Shown: positions 9,488-18,321 of the stretch, in pieces
Layout: each line of letters begins with the position of its first letter
Position numbering within the stretch: the first letter of the stretch is position 1
Source of the DNA: Myxococcota bacterium
Lineage (GTDB): Bacteria > Myxococcota_A > UBA9160 > UBA6930
Direction of reading: 5' to 3'
Assembly (NCBI GenBank): GCA_965223705.1
Contig: OZ245015.1
Span: forward strand, 1,888,001 to 1,952,000
Length of the DNA: 64,000 nucleotides
Made by a program: the position numbers and the translations under genes
Notes under the pieces: model-generated
Databases searched by the model: none
What the model was told of the DNA's origin: nothing
Seen by the model: the letters and a program-made list of their open reading frames with translations, nothing else

Positions 9488-10438
9488 TCAAGGCAGGGAG
9501 CGAGCCACCGGTTCGATCACCGTCTCATAGAGTTGCGCGATTTCATCGAGGGCACCCTCCGGCGGACCGGTCGGAATGAAGACGAAATGCCGAACCCCCG
9601 CTTCGATGTACTGGTGGAGGCGTTCCACGCAGGCCGCGGGCGAACCGGCCACGGCAAACCGCGCCACTTTTTCCGGGTCATAGCTCCGTCCATACCGCTC
9701 GCTCAGGTGTAGGGCCGCCTGATTCTTCGCCTGGGCTGCGTCGGGAGCGACGGCGATCGGGAGGGTTTGACCGAAGACAATCTCGTCGACGGAGCGTCCG
9801 CAGGCGTCCGCTTCGCGCGCGATCGCTTCCCAGTCGGAGCGCACGCGCTCGGGTGAGGCGGGGTACGCGAGCCAGCCGTCTCCATGCCGGCCGGTTCTGC
9901 GCAGCGCAGCCTCGGAACGACCGCCGACCCAAATGGGTGGCCCGGGGCGTTGAAGCGGCGGCGGCGCGATGTGAACGTCGGAAAAGTTGAAGAAGCGCCC
10001 GGCGTGGGACACGGACTCGCCGGTGAACAACAAGCGCAGCACGTCGATCGCCTCGTCGGTTCGCGCGCCGCGCTCCCGAATGGGAATTTCCACCGCCTCG
10101 AAGTCTTTGGCGCCTTCGCCGCCAACGCCGATTCCCAGGATCGTTCGGCCGCCCGACAAGTAATCGATCGAAGCCACTTGTTTTGCCACGAGGCTCGGGT
10201 GTCGGAGGGGCAAGAGCAGAACACCAACGCCCAGGGCAACGCGTTCTGTCGCGCCCGCGAGCGCTGCCAGAGCGACCAGGCCTTCGAGGATCGGGTTGAC
10301 GAAAGAGATGTGGTCCGTGGTCCAAAGCGAGTCGAAGCCGAGTGCCTCGCCCCGCTGCGCGAGAGCGCGAAACCGCTCAGGCGGAGGCATCCCGCCCGGG
10401 TTTTGCCCACTGACAACGAGACCAAACCGCACCGGCAC
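9488..10438 (-). CDS. Luciferase-like (LLM) flavin- or F420-dependent oxidoreductase
   Basis: GFDSLWTTDH, LAKQVAS.D.LSGGR-like and PPIWVGG motifs. Confidence 0.88.
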   Translation of the reverse strand: MPVRFGLVVSGQNPGGMPPPERFRALAQRGEALGFDSLWTTDHISFVNPILEGLVALAALAGATERVALGVGVLLLPLRHPSLVAKQVASIDYLSGGRTILGIGVGGEGAKDFEAVEIPIRERGARTDEAIDVLRLLFTGESVSHAGRFFNFSDVHIAPPPLQRPGPPIWVGGRSEAALRRTGRHGDGWLAYPASPERVRSDWEAIAREADACGRSVDEIVFGQTLPIAVAPDAAQAKNQAALHLSERYGRSYDPEKVARFAVAGSPAACVERLHQYIEAGVRHFVFIPTGPPEGALDEIAQLYETVIEPVARSLP

Positions 10439-10483
10439 GAGCGCAGGCTACCCCGACGGACCAAAGCGCGCGACTATGGGGCG

Positions 10484-11689
10484 GTGTCGATCTCCCGCTA
10501 TGCCAGCCGCCTCGCTTCCATGGGGCACTCCGACGTCGTCGAGATCCTCAGGCTCTCCGAAGAACCCGGTGTGCTTTCACTCGCCGGAGGTCTTCCGGCG
10601 CCGGAATCGTTCCTGCTGGAGGACACTGCCGGCGTCATCGCCTCTCTTCTCCACGAGCGGGGGCGGGTCGCGTTGGGGTACGGACCGACCGAGGGCGTCG
10701 GCTCGCTGCGCGAAGCACTGGCCGAGCGGATGTGCGACAAGGGACGCCGGACGACGCCCGGAGAAGTCCTGGTCACCACGGGCGGTGTTGCGGCACTCGA
10801 CTTGGTGGCGAAAGCGCTCGTCGATCCAGGCGACGTGGTTCTGGTGGAAGACCCGAGCTACTTGGCCGCTCTACACGTCTTCCGCAGCTACCAAGCTCGC
10901 TTTGTCGGGGTGGCGACGGACGAAGGCGGCGTCGATCTCGCGTCGTTGCGGGATGTTCTGGCCGATTGCGAGCGGCGGGGTAGCCCGCCGAAGCTCTTCT
11001 ACATCGTCCCGAACTTCCAGAATCCAACCGGTCGCTGTCTCGACACCGATCGCCGAGACGAACTGCTCGAGATCTGCCGTTCGTTTGGCGTTCCGGTCGT
11101 CGAAGACGCGGCCTACGAAGACCTTCGGTTTCGAGGCGACGACTCACCGAATTTGGCGGCGCGCGATTCCGACGTCATCTACGTCAATACGTTCTCGAAA
11201 ATCCTCCATCCGGGCGTTCGGCTCGGTTGGATCACGGCGCCTCGCAGCGTGATCGACGTCGCGGCCCTGTGCAAACAGGGACAGGATCAGTGCTCTGCGA
11301 CGTTGGGACAACAAATGGCCGACCGATTCCTTCGCGAGCGATTGGTTGAGCGCCAACTCGAGAGCGCACGGCGGATTTACAGGGCTCGTTGCGACATCAC
11401 GCTCGAGGCGGTGCGCTCCGCTTTTCCGTCGGGGACGCAGGCGACCGAGCCCGAAGGCGGGTTCTACTGTTGGATCACGCTTCCGGAAGGTCTTCATGCA
11501 GGCGATCTCTTGCCGAAGGTCGTCGCGGACGAGCGCGTCGCCTACGTCGCCGGTCCCGCGTTCTTCCACGACCGAGAGCGCGGAGGCAGGAACCTCCGCG
11601 TCGCGTTCAGTTACGTCGACGAGGCGGAGCTGGGCGACGCGGTTCGCCGGTTGGGACGATTCTTTGAGCGGATGCTGACCGGCGGGTAG
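10484..11689 (+). CDS. PLP-dependent aminotransferase class I (LysN/ARO8-like)
   Basis: LSLAGGLP, PNFQNPTG, VEDAAY and TFSKILHPGVRLGW (PLP Lys). GTG start at 10484. Confidence 0.9.
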   Translation: MSISRYASRLASMGHSDVVEILRLSEEPGVLSLAGGLPAPESFLLEDTAGVIASLLHERGRVALGYGPTEGVGSLREALAERMCDKGRRTTPGEVLVTTGGVAALDLVAKALVDPGDVVLVEDPSYLAALHVFRSYQARFVGVATDEGGVDLASLRDVLADCERRGSPPKLFYIVPNFQNPTGRCLDTDRRDELLEICRSFGVPVVEDAAYEDLRFRGDDSPNLAARDSDVIYVNTFSKILHPGVRLGWITAPRSVIDVAALCKQGQDQCSATLGQQMADRFLRERLVERQLESARRIYRARCDITLEAVRSAFPSGTQATEPEGGFYCWITLPEGLHAGDLLPKVVADERVAYVAGPAFFHDRERGGRNLRVAFSYVDEAELGDAVRRLGRFFERMLTGG

Positions 11690-11719
11690 CCTCCAGACCG
11701 AACGGAAGAAGGAGCCTCG

Positions 11720-12940
11720 ATGACCGAACCGAACCACATCCTCGACGGGCTGCGGGTTCTCGACTTTACGCAAGTCTTGGCGGGGCCGACGACCACGCGA
11801 CTTATGGCGGAGCTCGGCGCCGAAGTGATCAAGCTCGAGCTGGCGCCGACCGGCGACTTCTCGCGATTCTTGCCGTTCCGCAATGAAGCGGGTCGCAGCG
11901 CTTATCACGTTCAGCAAAATCGCGGCAAGAAGAGCTTGTGCCTCGACGCGAAGAGCCCGGAAGGTCGCGAGATTATCTCGGAGCTGATCGGTCGAGCGGA
12001 CGTGGTGATCGAAAACTACGCGCCGGGCACCATCGGACGGCTCGGTTTTTCCTGGGAGAAAGTTCACGAGATCAATCCGAGTGCGGTGATGTGTTCCCTG
12101 TCGGCTTTCGGCCAATCGGGTCCGCTCGCTCATTTGCCCGGTTACGACTACATCGCCCAGGCGTACGCGGCAGTCACCCACATGATCGGAGATCCGGACG
12201 GTGCCCCTTCTTTCCCTGTGTTGGGGATCGGCGACGTCATGACCGGGGTACACGCGGCGGCGGCCATCGGTTTTGCATTGCTCTACCGGGAGCGGACGGG
12301 ACGGGGACAACACCTCGACATTTCGCTCCTCGACTCATACTTCCACTGTCACGAAGTCAACATCCAGATGTACAGCGCGACGCGCGGCGCCTTCGAACCG
12401 AACCGCTCGGGCTCTCACCACTATGCCGTCGCTCCCCTGGGCTTGTTCAAGGGCAAGGACCGCTACATGTTCATCATCGCGCTGGACCACCAATGGCCGT
12501 CGCTTTGTCGGGCGATGGGACGTCCCGAGTTGATCGATGACGAGCGGTACAGCGACAACGCGAAACGGACGGAACGGATCACCGAGGTCGCCAGCCTGAT
12601 CGAGGATTGGCTTCGAAGCACGCCCGACGATGAGACGGCGCTCAAGCAGCTCGAAGAAGCGCGCGTTCCCTGTGCCCCGGTCCTCTCGATCGCCGAGGCA
12701 GTCGCACACCCGCACCTCCGGGAGCGCAAGACGATTCGGACCATCGAAGACCGGATCCTGGGAGAGCTCGATATCCCCGGGATGCCGCTTCGCTTCTCCG
12801 AGTTTCCCGACGCGCTAGAACTCGAAGCGCCGCTACTCGGGGAGCACAACGCCGACGTTCTCGGAGCCGTCCTCGGCTACGACGCCGCCCGCGTCGAAGA
12901 CCTGACGAACCGAGGCATCCTCGTGCGAGGCGATACCTAG
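11720..12940 (+). CDS. CaiB/BaiF family (class III) CoA transferase
   Basis: LDGLRVLDFTQVLAGP, NRGKKSL, ENYAPG, GYDYIAQ and APLLGEHN motifs. Confidence 0.93.
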   Translation: MTEPNHILDGLRVLDFTQVLAGPTTTRLMAELGAEVIKLELAPTGDFSRFLPFRNEAGRSAYHVQQNRGKKSLCLDAKSPEGREIISELIGRADVVIENYAPGTIGRLGFSWEKVHEINPSAVMCSLSAFGQSGPLAHLPGYDYIAQAYAAVTHMIGDPDGAPSFPVLGIGDVMTGVHAAAAIGFALLYRERTGRGQHLDISLLDSYFHCHEVNIQMYSATRGAFEPNRSGSHHYAVAPLGLFKGKDRYMFIIALDHQWPSLCRAMGRPELIDDERYSDNAKRTERITEVASLIEDWLRSTPDDETALKQLEEARVPCAPVLSIAEAVAHPHLRERKTIRTIEDRILGELDIPGMPLRFSEFPDALELEAPLLGEHNADVLGAVLGYDAARVEDLTNRGILVRGDT

Positions 12941-12980
12941 GGAGCGTGTCACCAACGGCGCGGGGCCGCGGTTGGGCAGT

Positions 12981-13033
12981 GCGTCGCGAGGCCGTGGCAG
13001 GTGGGGGTACCGCGCGCAGTTCCGCAGCGCCGC
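12981..13033. repeat. Dispersed 53-bp intergenic repeat, copy 1
   Basis: 47/53 identical to 57331-57383, with an identical 24-bp core GGGGGTACCGCGCGCAGTTCCGCA. Confidence 0.85.
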
Positions 13034-13059
13034 CGACTGCCACGGCCCGACCGCGATCT

Positions 13060-13650
13060 CTACTGCTTGTGCGCTTCGACCTCGATCCAGATCGTGACGT
13101 CCGAGCCGATGCCGCCTTCTCCGTATTTCATGCCGAAGTCGGTGCGGTCGATCGTGAGCTTTCCGGAGAAGCCCGCGACCAGCACCCCGTTCATGGCGGG
13201 AATCGGGTGCGGGGCGTGCTTGTTGAACGTCACTTCCATCGTCACGGGCGCCGTCTTGCCGAGCAGGGTGAGGTCGCCCGCGATCTTCGCGGTCTTGTCG
13301 CCCGTCATTTCGACCGATGTCGACGAGAATTTCATCGTCGAGAACTCGGCCGCGTTGAAGAAGTCCGGTGATCGGAGATGCTCGTCGCGCTTCGCCTGGC
13401 CCGTATCGACGGAGTTCGTCTGAATCGTGACCGAGACCGTAGACGCCGCGAGGTTTTCCGGGTCGAGCGAGAGCTCCCCCTCAATTTCGTTGAAGCGTCC
13501 GGCCACCCTCGCGTAACCGAAATGATCGACGGCGAAGAATACGCCGGTGTGCGCGGGATCGAACTTGTAGGAAGCGGTCGCTGCGCTGGCGCCAGCGGAC
13601 ATTCCGCAAGCGACCAGAGCCGACATCAAGAACCTGAACAGGGGAGCCAT
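13060..13650 (-). CDS. YceI family lipid/polyprenyl-binding protein
   Basis: Signal peptide, DPAHT.V.F.V.H.G, RDEHLRSPDFF and IDRTDFGM motifs. GGAG RBS before ATG 13650. Confidence 0.92.
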   Translation of the reverse strand: MAPLFRFLMSALVACGMSAGASAATASYKFDPAHTGVFFAVDHFGYARVAGRFNEIEGELSLDPENLAASTVSVTIQTNSVDTGQAKRDEHLRSPDFFNAAEFSTMKFSSTSVEMTGDKTAKIAGDLTLLGKTAPVTMEVTFNKHAPHPIPAMNGVLVAGFSGKLTIDRTDFGMKYGEGGIGSDVTIWIEVEAHKQ

Positions 13651-13691
13651 AAACTCTTCTCCTTCGAACTTTCTTCGTAAATCACTTCTAG

Positions 13692-14498
13692 TTAGTAGCC
13701 ACTCGAGGTCTGCTGAGACCAGGAGACGAGGACGGCGAGAGCCGTCGGAATGAGACATAGACCCGCTAGGGCGAGCGCGCGCGTCGCCCGACCGCGTGCC
13801 GGTAGACCTTTCGGAAGCCACACGACCAGGAACGAGCACGCGAGCAGGAGAAGTGCCGCGTTCGAGGTTCGCGAGAACAGAGCCGCTTGGTGGGAAAGGA
13901 GAAGAAAGCTCCCGATGCCCACGACAACCGCCGCCGTGCCGTGATGCCACCGCTGGCGCGGCCAGTTCCAGAGCAGAAGACCGCCGGTGGCTGCCGCGAG
14001 GCCGCCCGATGCCTGCGCGATCGACGCGGAAGAGCCGAAAAAAGCCACGGGGATGAGACCCAAGGACGCGACGAGCAACATCACCAACACATCCTGCTGT
14101 TCTCGCCACAAACAGATCGCGAGGAGTGCCGAAGCGAGAGCCGTTGCGACGATCGCCTCGAGCGTCCCGTCGCCGCCGAGCCGCGGCCATGCGACATAGG
14201 CACACGAGACCACGGACCAAAGCACGGTGCCGGACACCCGCCACGGCAAAGCCGCCGGCAGTACGGCGAGGAGCACGCCTCCAGCCGCGATGAGATACGG
14301 GATCTTCTGTGTCGACGAAACGGGTGGGAACGCGGGAACGCCGATCGCGGCTACGTAGGCCGCGATGAAACCGATCCCGACCGCGAATCCCGTCCAGTCG
14401 TGGCGCAGAGCGGCCCAGGCCGGCGCGCTGATCAGCGCGAGGGCGAGTGGGATGATCGCCGACTGGACCGCCGGGTTTTGGAGGGAGAAGAATTCCAT
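13692..14498 (-). CDS. Multi-pass membrane protein of unknown function
   Basis: Roughly 9-10 hydrophobic segments. Starts 3 bp after the kinase stop. Confidence 0.7.
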   Translation of the reverse strand: MEFFSLQNPAVQSAIIPLALALISAPAWAALRHDWTGFAVGIGFIAAYVAAIGVPAFPPVSSTQKIPYLIAAGGVLLAVLPAALPWRVSGTVLWSVVSCAYVAWPRLGGDGTLEAIVATALASALLAICLWREQQDVLVMLLVASLGLIPVAFFGSSASIAQASGGLAAATGGLLLWNWPRQRWHHGTAAVVVGIGSFLLLSHQAALFSRTSNAALLLLACSFLVVWLPKGLPARGRATRALALAGLCLIPTALAVLVSWSQQTSSGY

Positions 14499-14501
14499 GA
14501 T

Positions 14502-16763
14502 TCAGTCCGTTTCGTCAGCCTCGCCGAGCACGCTCCGGAGCGCCGACGAGAGCGTCTCGATACGAAACGGTTTCTTGACGAAGGCGGTCTTTCCTTTGCC
14601 CGCGACGAGGTCATTTCCGAATCCCTCGGCGTGCCCGCTGAAGAATACGACGCCGATGTCCGGGCGGGCCTTGCGAACTTCTTCGAACACGTCTTCGGCG
14701 CGGCAATCGGGCATCGTCACGTCCAGGATCGCCGCGGAAAACGCGTCCGGGTCGCGTCCGAATGCCTCCAAGGCATCGGTGGCGGTGGTGTAGGTCGCGA
14801 CCTCGAACGCCTCCAGCCGCAGCGCGCGCTCGGTCATCGTGAGAACTTGCGATTCGTCATCGAGGATGAGGACACGCCGAACCGATCGGCCCAAACGGGC
14901 TTCTTCTCTGCCCTCGGTTCCCTCGCCACGAGGCACTTCCGCGAGCGGCAGCAACACGCGAAACCGCGTTCCTTGCCCCGGGCAGCTTTCCACTCGAAGC
15001 GCGCCGCGATGCCCGCGCACGATGCCCAAGACGGCGGCCAACCCGAGCCCGCGACCGGCGAACTTCGTCGAGTAGAACGGATCAAAAATTCTGGGCAGCG
15101 CTTCGTCGTCGATGCCGGCGCCGGTGTCCTCGACATCGAGGAAGGCGGATGAGCCGATCACGAGAGGGTCGCTGATGACATAGTCGTCGAGATCGCCAGC
15201 TTCGACGGAGACGACTCCCGTCGCGATGCGAACGCGCCCCCCCGCCGCCGGCAGTGACTCCGCACCGTTGGTCGCGAGATTCATCAAGACCTGGCGGATC
15301 TGAGTCACGTCGGCGCGCACCCAAGGGATCTCCTCGCCGGCGTCGAGGTCGAAGAGGGCGCGCTTGGACACGGCGCTCTGTACGAGGGGCACCGTATCGT
15401 TCACCAAAGCCGTCAGGTTGACCTTGCGGGGCACCAGTTCGTGCCCGCCGGAGTACGCCAACAGTGCGTTCACCAACTCCGCCGCTTGTTCGCCGGCCTT
15501 CGCGATCTCCGCGAGGGCGCTGCGATTTTCCTCGGGATCATCGCTTCGCATCGCGTACTGAGCGTTTCCGAGGATCCCCACGAGCAGATTGTTGAAGTCA
15601 TGGGCGATGCCCCCGGCCATGACGCCCAGGCTTTCGAGTTTTTGGGTCTGGAGCATCTGTTCGCTCAGCCGTCGTCGCTCCGCGTCGATCCGAAGGCGTT
15701 CGGCGACTTCGCTCTCGAGGGCGCGGTTCTTTGCCTGGATCTCCGCATAAGCGCGCGCGTTCTCGAGGGCCACCGCGATCCACGGCAGGATGTCATCGAG
15801 GTCGAGCGCGTTTTCGTCTGCAACCGCCGCATCCCAAAGCTTGAGCCGGCCGATACAGCGCCCGCCGACGCGAAGCATGTGCTCTGAAGCGGCGTCTCCC
15901 GCGGAAAGTGGATCCGCATAGAGGACCCGCAAAGAGCCGTCGCGTTCTTCGAGGCCGATGGAGATCCGCTGGAACGGGCCATTCGCTTTCAGCAGCGCCA
16001 CGATGGTGCGCGTCAGCGGTTCCAGCTCGATTTGATTCGTGAGCTCTCGCGCCCACACGTTTTGTCGCTCCAGGCGGCGCGCTTGCCGCGCGATGCGCGC
16101 GTGGGCTCGCGACAAGGCCTGGTACCCCTCGGCGACCCGTCGCTGTTGGTCTCCCAGCTCGCGCAGAGCGGCGGGTGCGTCGACCGTGCGGCGCAGCAGA
16201 CGCTTGAGAACCGAGGGCAGGGAACCCGATGGTGGCGGCGTGATCGTGTAGCGCGCGCGTCGCGGTTCGAGCTCCATGTCGACCTGTGCATCGGGAAGGT
16301 CGAGTTGTCTCGGGGCCGCACGCATCGCTCCCCGCATGGCGTAAAAGAACTCGGGGCAATCGCGATAGGGTTCCGGGATCCGCAGCGTCTCGCGGATGCG
16401 GCCGTCCGGCAGCGTCTCCAGGTGGTCCCGGACGATCGTGAACAGCGCCCGCCCCACTCGGAGGCTGCCCTTCGAATAGAGCGCGCGCGGGTGGACCACC
16501 AAGCGCGCGATTTTTCGGACGCTGCGGAGGCTCGGAGCGTCGCGGTGGTCCAAAGCGAGGTTCTCGAGGGCCTCGTGGGAGCCCAGGAGCTTGCCGGCAC
16601 GGCGCATCAGCTCCGCGAAGACGTCCCAATCGATGCGGCGTTCCGGGTCTCGCAGGAGGTCCGGGGTGACGGGGAGTTCACCACAGATATCGGCGATGTC
16701 GTGGCCTTTTGAACGCAGGCCACTCATCAGTAAGGCGCTGACGCGGCACGAGACCTCGTTCAT
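14502..16763 (-). CDS. Soluble hybrid sensor histidine kinase/response regulator with uncharacterised N-terminal domain
   Basis: H-box GGIAHDFNNLL, N-box QVLMNLATN, G-boxes DTGAGI and GRGLGL, a C-terminal REC domain (LILDDE, DVTMP, KPF) and a GAF-like segment ending ALENARAY. No obvious TM helix. Confidence 0.92.
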   Translation of the reverse strand: MNEVSCRVSALLMSGLRSKGHDIADICGELPVTPDLLRDPERRIDWDVFAELMRRAGKLLGSHEALENLALDHRDAPSLRSVRKIARLVVHPRALYSKGSLRVGRALFTIVRDHLETLPDGRIRETLRIPEPYRDCPEFFYAMRGAMRAAPRQLDLPDAQVDMELEPRRARYTITPPPSGSLPSVLKRLLRRTVDAPAALRELGDQQRRVAEGYQALSRAHARIARQARRLERQNVWARELTNQIELEPLTRTIVALLKANGPFQRISIGLEERDGSLRVLYADPLSAGDAASEHMLRVGGRCIGRLKLWDAAVADENALDLDDILPWIAVALENARAYAEIQAKNRALESEVAERLRIDAERRRLSEQMLQTQKLESLGVMAGGIAHDFNNLLVGILGNAQYAMRSDDPEENRSALAEIAKAGEQAAELVNALLAYSGGHELVPRKVNLTALVNDTVPLVQSAVSKRALFDLDAGEEIPWVRADVTQIRQVLMNLATNGAESLPAAGGRVRIATGVVSVEAGDLDDYVISDPLVIGSSAFLDVEDTGAGIDDEALPRIFDPFYSTKFAGRGLGLAAVLGIVRGHRGALRVESCPGQGTRFRVLLPLAEVPRGEGTEGREEARLGRSVRRVLILDDESQVLTMTERALRLEAFEVATYTTATDALEAFGRDPDAFSAAILDVTMPDCRAEDVFEEVRKARPDIGVVFFSGHAEGFGNDLVAGKGKTAFVKKPFRIETLSSALRSVLGEADETD

Positions 16764-16995
16764 GGCACTGATCTCCCCCCGAGGATCCTAACGCCTGCGG
16801 GGATCACCCGGTACCAAGGTACGTCCTTCCACCGGGTTTGGTTTCGAAAAATCTGCGTCTTTCCGCTGAGTTTGGACTCGGCGAATCACTCGAAGCACGT
16901 TCAGGCAAACCCCCAATGCGCCGAAAGGAACCGTAGCGAGACTAGAACAGCGATTTCATCACCTGATTCTGTCGATTTCAGACGTTGGAGATCAT

Positions 16996-18276
16996 TTGTC
17001 GGACCGTTTAGAGGAAGCGCACCGCATCATCGGCGCGGCGAGAGATCTCGGACTGGCGCATCAGGTGGCGGAAGACGACGCGTTCAGCGGCCGAACGTTC
17101 AGGCTCGGCGGTCGAGACCTCGTCCACTTCGGCTCCTGCAGCTACCTCGGGCTCGAGCTGGACCCACGGTTGATCGACGCGGGGATCGACGCGTTACGCC
17201 GCTACGGCGCGCACTTCTCTTCGTCGCGAAGCTACGTGTCGTGTCCGCTGTATCGCGGCTTGGAAGAGCGGCTGGAAGAGCTCTTCGGTCGGCCCGTGCT
17301 GGTCACGGCGACCACCACCCTGGGTCATTTGGCGGCCCTGCCGATTCTCTGTCAAACGGGTGACGTCGTGCTCGTCGATCAGCAGGCTCACTCGAGCCTG
17401 CAGCTCGCGGCGAATCAACTGCGTGCTCTCGGCGTGCGCGTGGAGACCGCGGCGCACAATCAAGTCGGCCGTCTACGCCGTCAGGTCGCTTCGCTGCGAG
17501 AGGGGGCGCGACACATCTGGTATGTCGGTGACGGTGTCTACTCGATGTACGGAGATCGGGCTCCCCTCGAGACGCTGCTCGAATTGACGCGGCAATACGA
17601 ACAATTCCACGTCTATCTCGACGACGCGCACGGCATCTCCTGGTCGGGACGACGCGGGGTCGGTTTCGTCCTCGACCGCGTCCCCGATGAGGAACGCTGG
17701 GTCGTCGCCGTAACCCTGGGGAAAGCTTTCGGTGCAGGAGGAGCGGCCCTCGTACTGCCGAAGCGGGACTGGCAGCGCCGTATCCAACACTGTGGAGGGA
17801 CCGTCGTGTTTACCGGTCCCGTGCCTCCGGCGATGCTCGGGGCGGCGATCGCGTCCGCCGACATTCACCTGTCGGGAGAAATCGAAACGCTGCAGGCACT
17901 GCTTCACGATCGCATCGAGCGCTGCAACCGGGCATTGATCGAAGCGGACGTCCCTTTGGTATCGCGGGAAAAGACGCCCGTTCGTTTTGTGGCGACGGGT
18001 GCTGCCGCTGTGACGCAGGCCGTGCTCGGTCGTGCCATCGCGCGCGGCTACTTCATCAACCCGGCCGTCTTCCCCGCGGTTTCTCGAAAGCGCTCCGGAC
18101 TCCGCTTCACCCTGACGCTGCACCAGCGAGACGACGACGTGGAACATCTCGTTGCGTGTCTGGCGGAAGAGCTTCCGAAGGCGCTCCGCGCCGCTGGGTT
18201 GTCGATGTCGGAGCTGCGTCGCCGTTTTCGATTACCGCCGCCGGCGTTCGCCGAAAGAGACTCCCGCGCCGCTTGA
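16996..18276 (+). CDS. Alpha-oxoamine synthase family (BioF/KBL/SPT/CqsA-like) PLP enzyme
   Basis: FGSCSYLGL, AHSSL, AHN, DGVYSMYGD, DDAHG, TLGKAFG (PLP Lys) and FPAV...LRFTLT motifs. TTG start with GGAG RBS. Confidence 0.88.
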   Translation: MSDRLEEAHRIIGAARDLGLAHQVAEDDAFSGRTFRLGGRDLVHFGSCSYLGLELDPRLIDAGIDALRRYGAHFSSSRSYVSCPLYRGLEERLEELFGRPVLVTATTTLGHLAALPILCQTGDVVLVDQQAHSSLQLAANQLRALGVRVETAAHNQVGRLRRQVASLREGARHIWYVGDGVYSMYGDRAPLETLLELTRQYEQFHVYLDDAHGISWSGRRGVGFVLDRVPDEERWVVAVTLGKAFGAGGAALVLPKRDWQRRIQHCGGTVVFTGPVPPAMLGAAIASADIHLSGEIETLQALLHDRIERCNRALIEADVPLVSREKTPVRFVATGAAAVTQAVLGRAIARGYFINPAVFPAVSRKRSGLRFTLTLHQRDDDVEHLVACLAEELPKALRAAGLSMSELRRRFRLPPPAFAERDSRAA

Positions 18277-18321
18277 CCGACGCCCGGGGTTGCGGTGTGA
18301 TCCACTTCGCGGGGTGGATCC

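Noticed and set aside
16996..18276. Calling this gene bioF or cqsA
   Set aside because: Family motifs are clear, but the subfamily cannot be assigned by eye and there is no biotin operon context.
18274..18321. Stop-codon readthrough or selenocysteine joining the PLP enzyme and GNAT
   Set aside because: Two separate in-frame TGA codons would have to be bypassed, and the GNAT has its own ATG.
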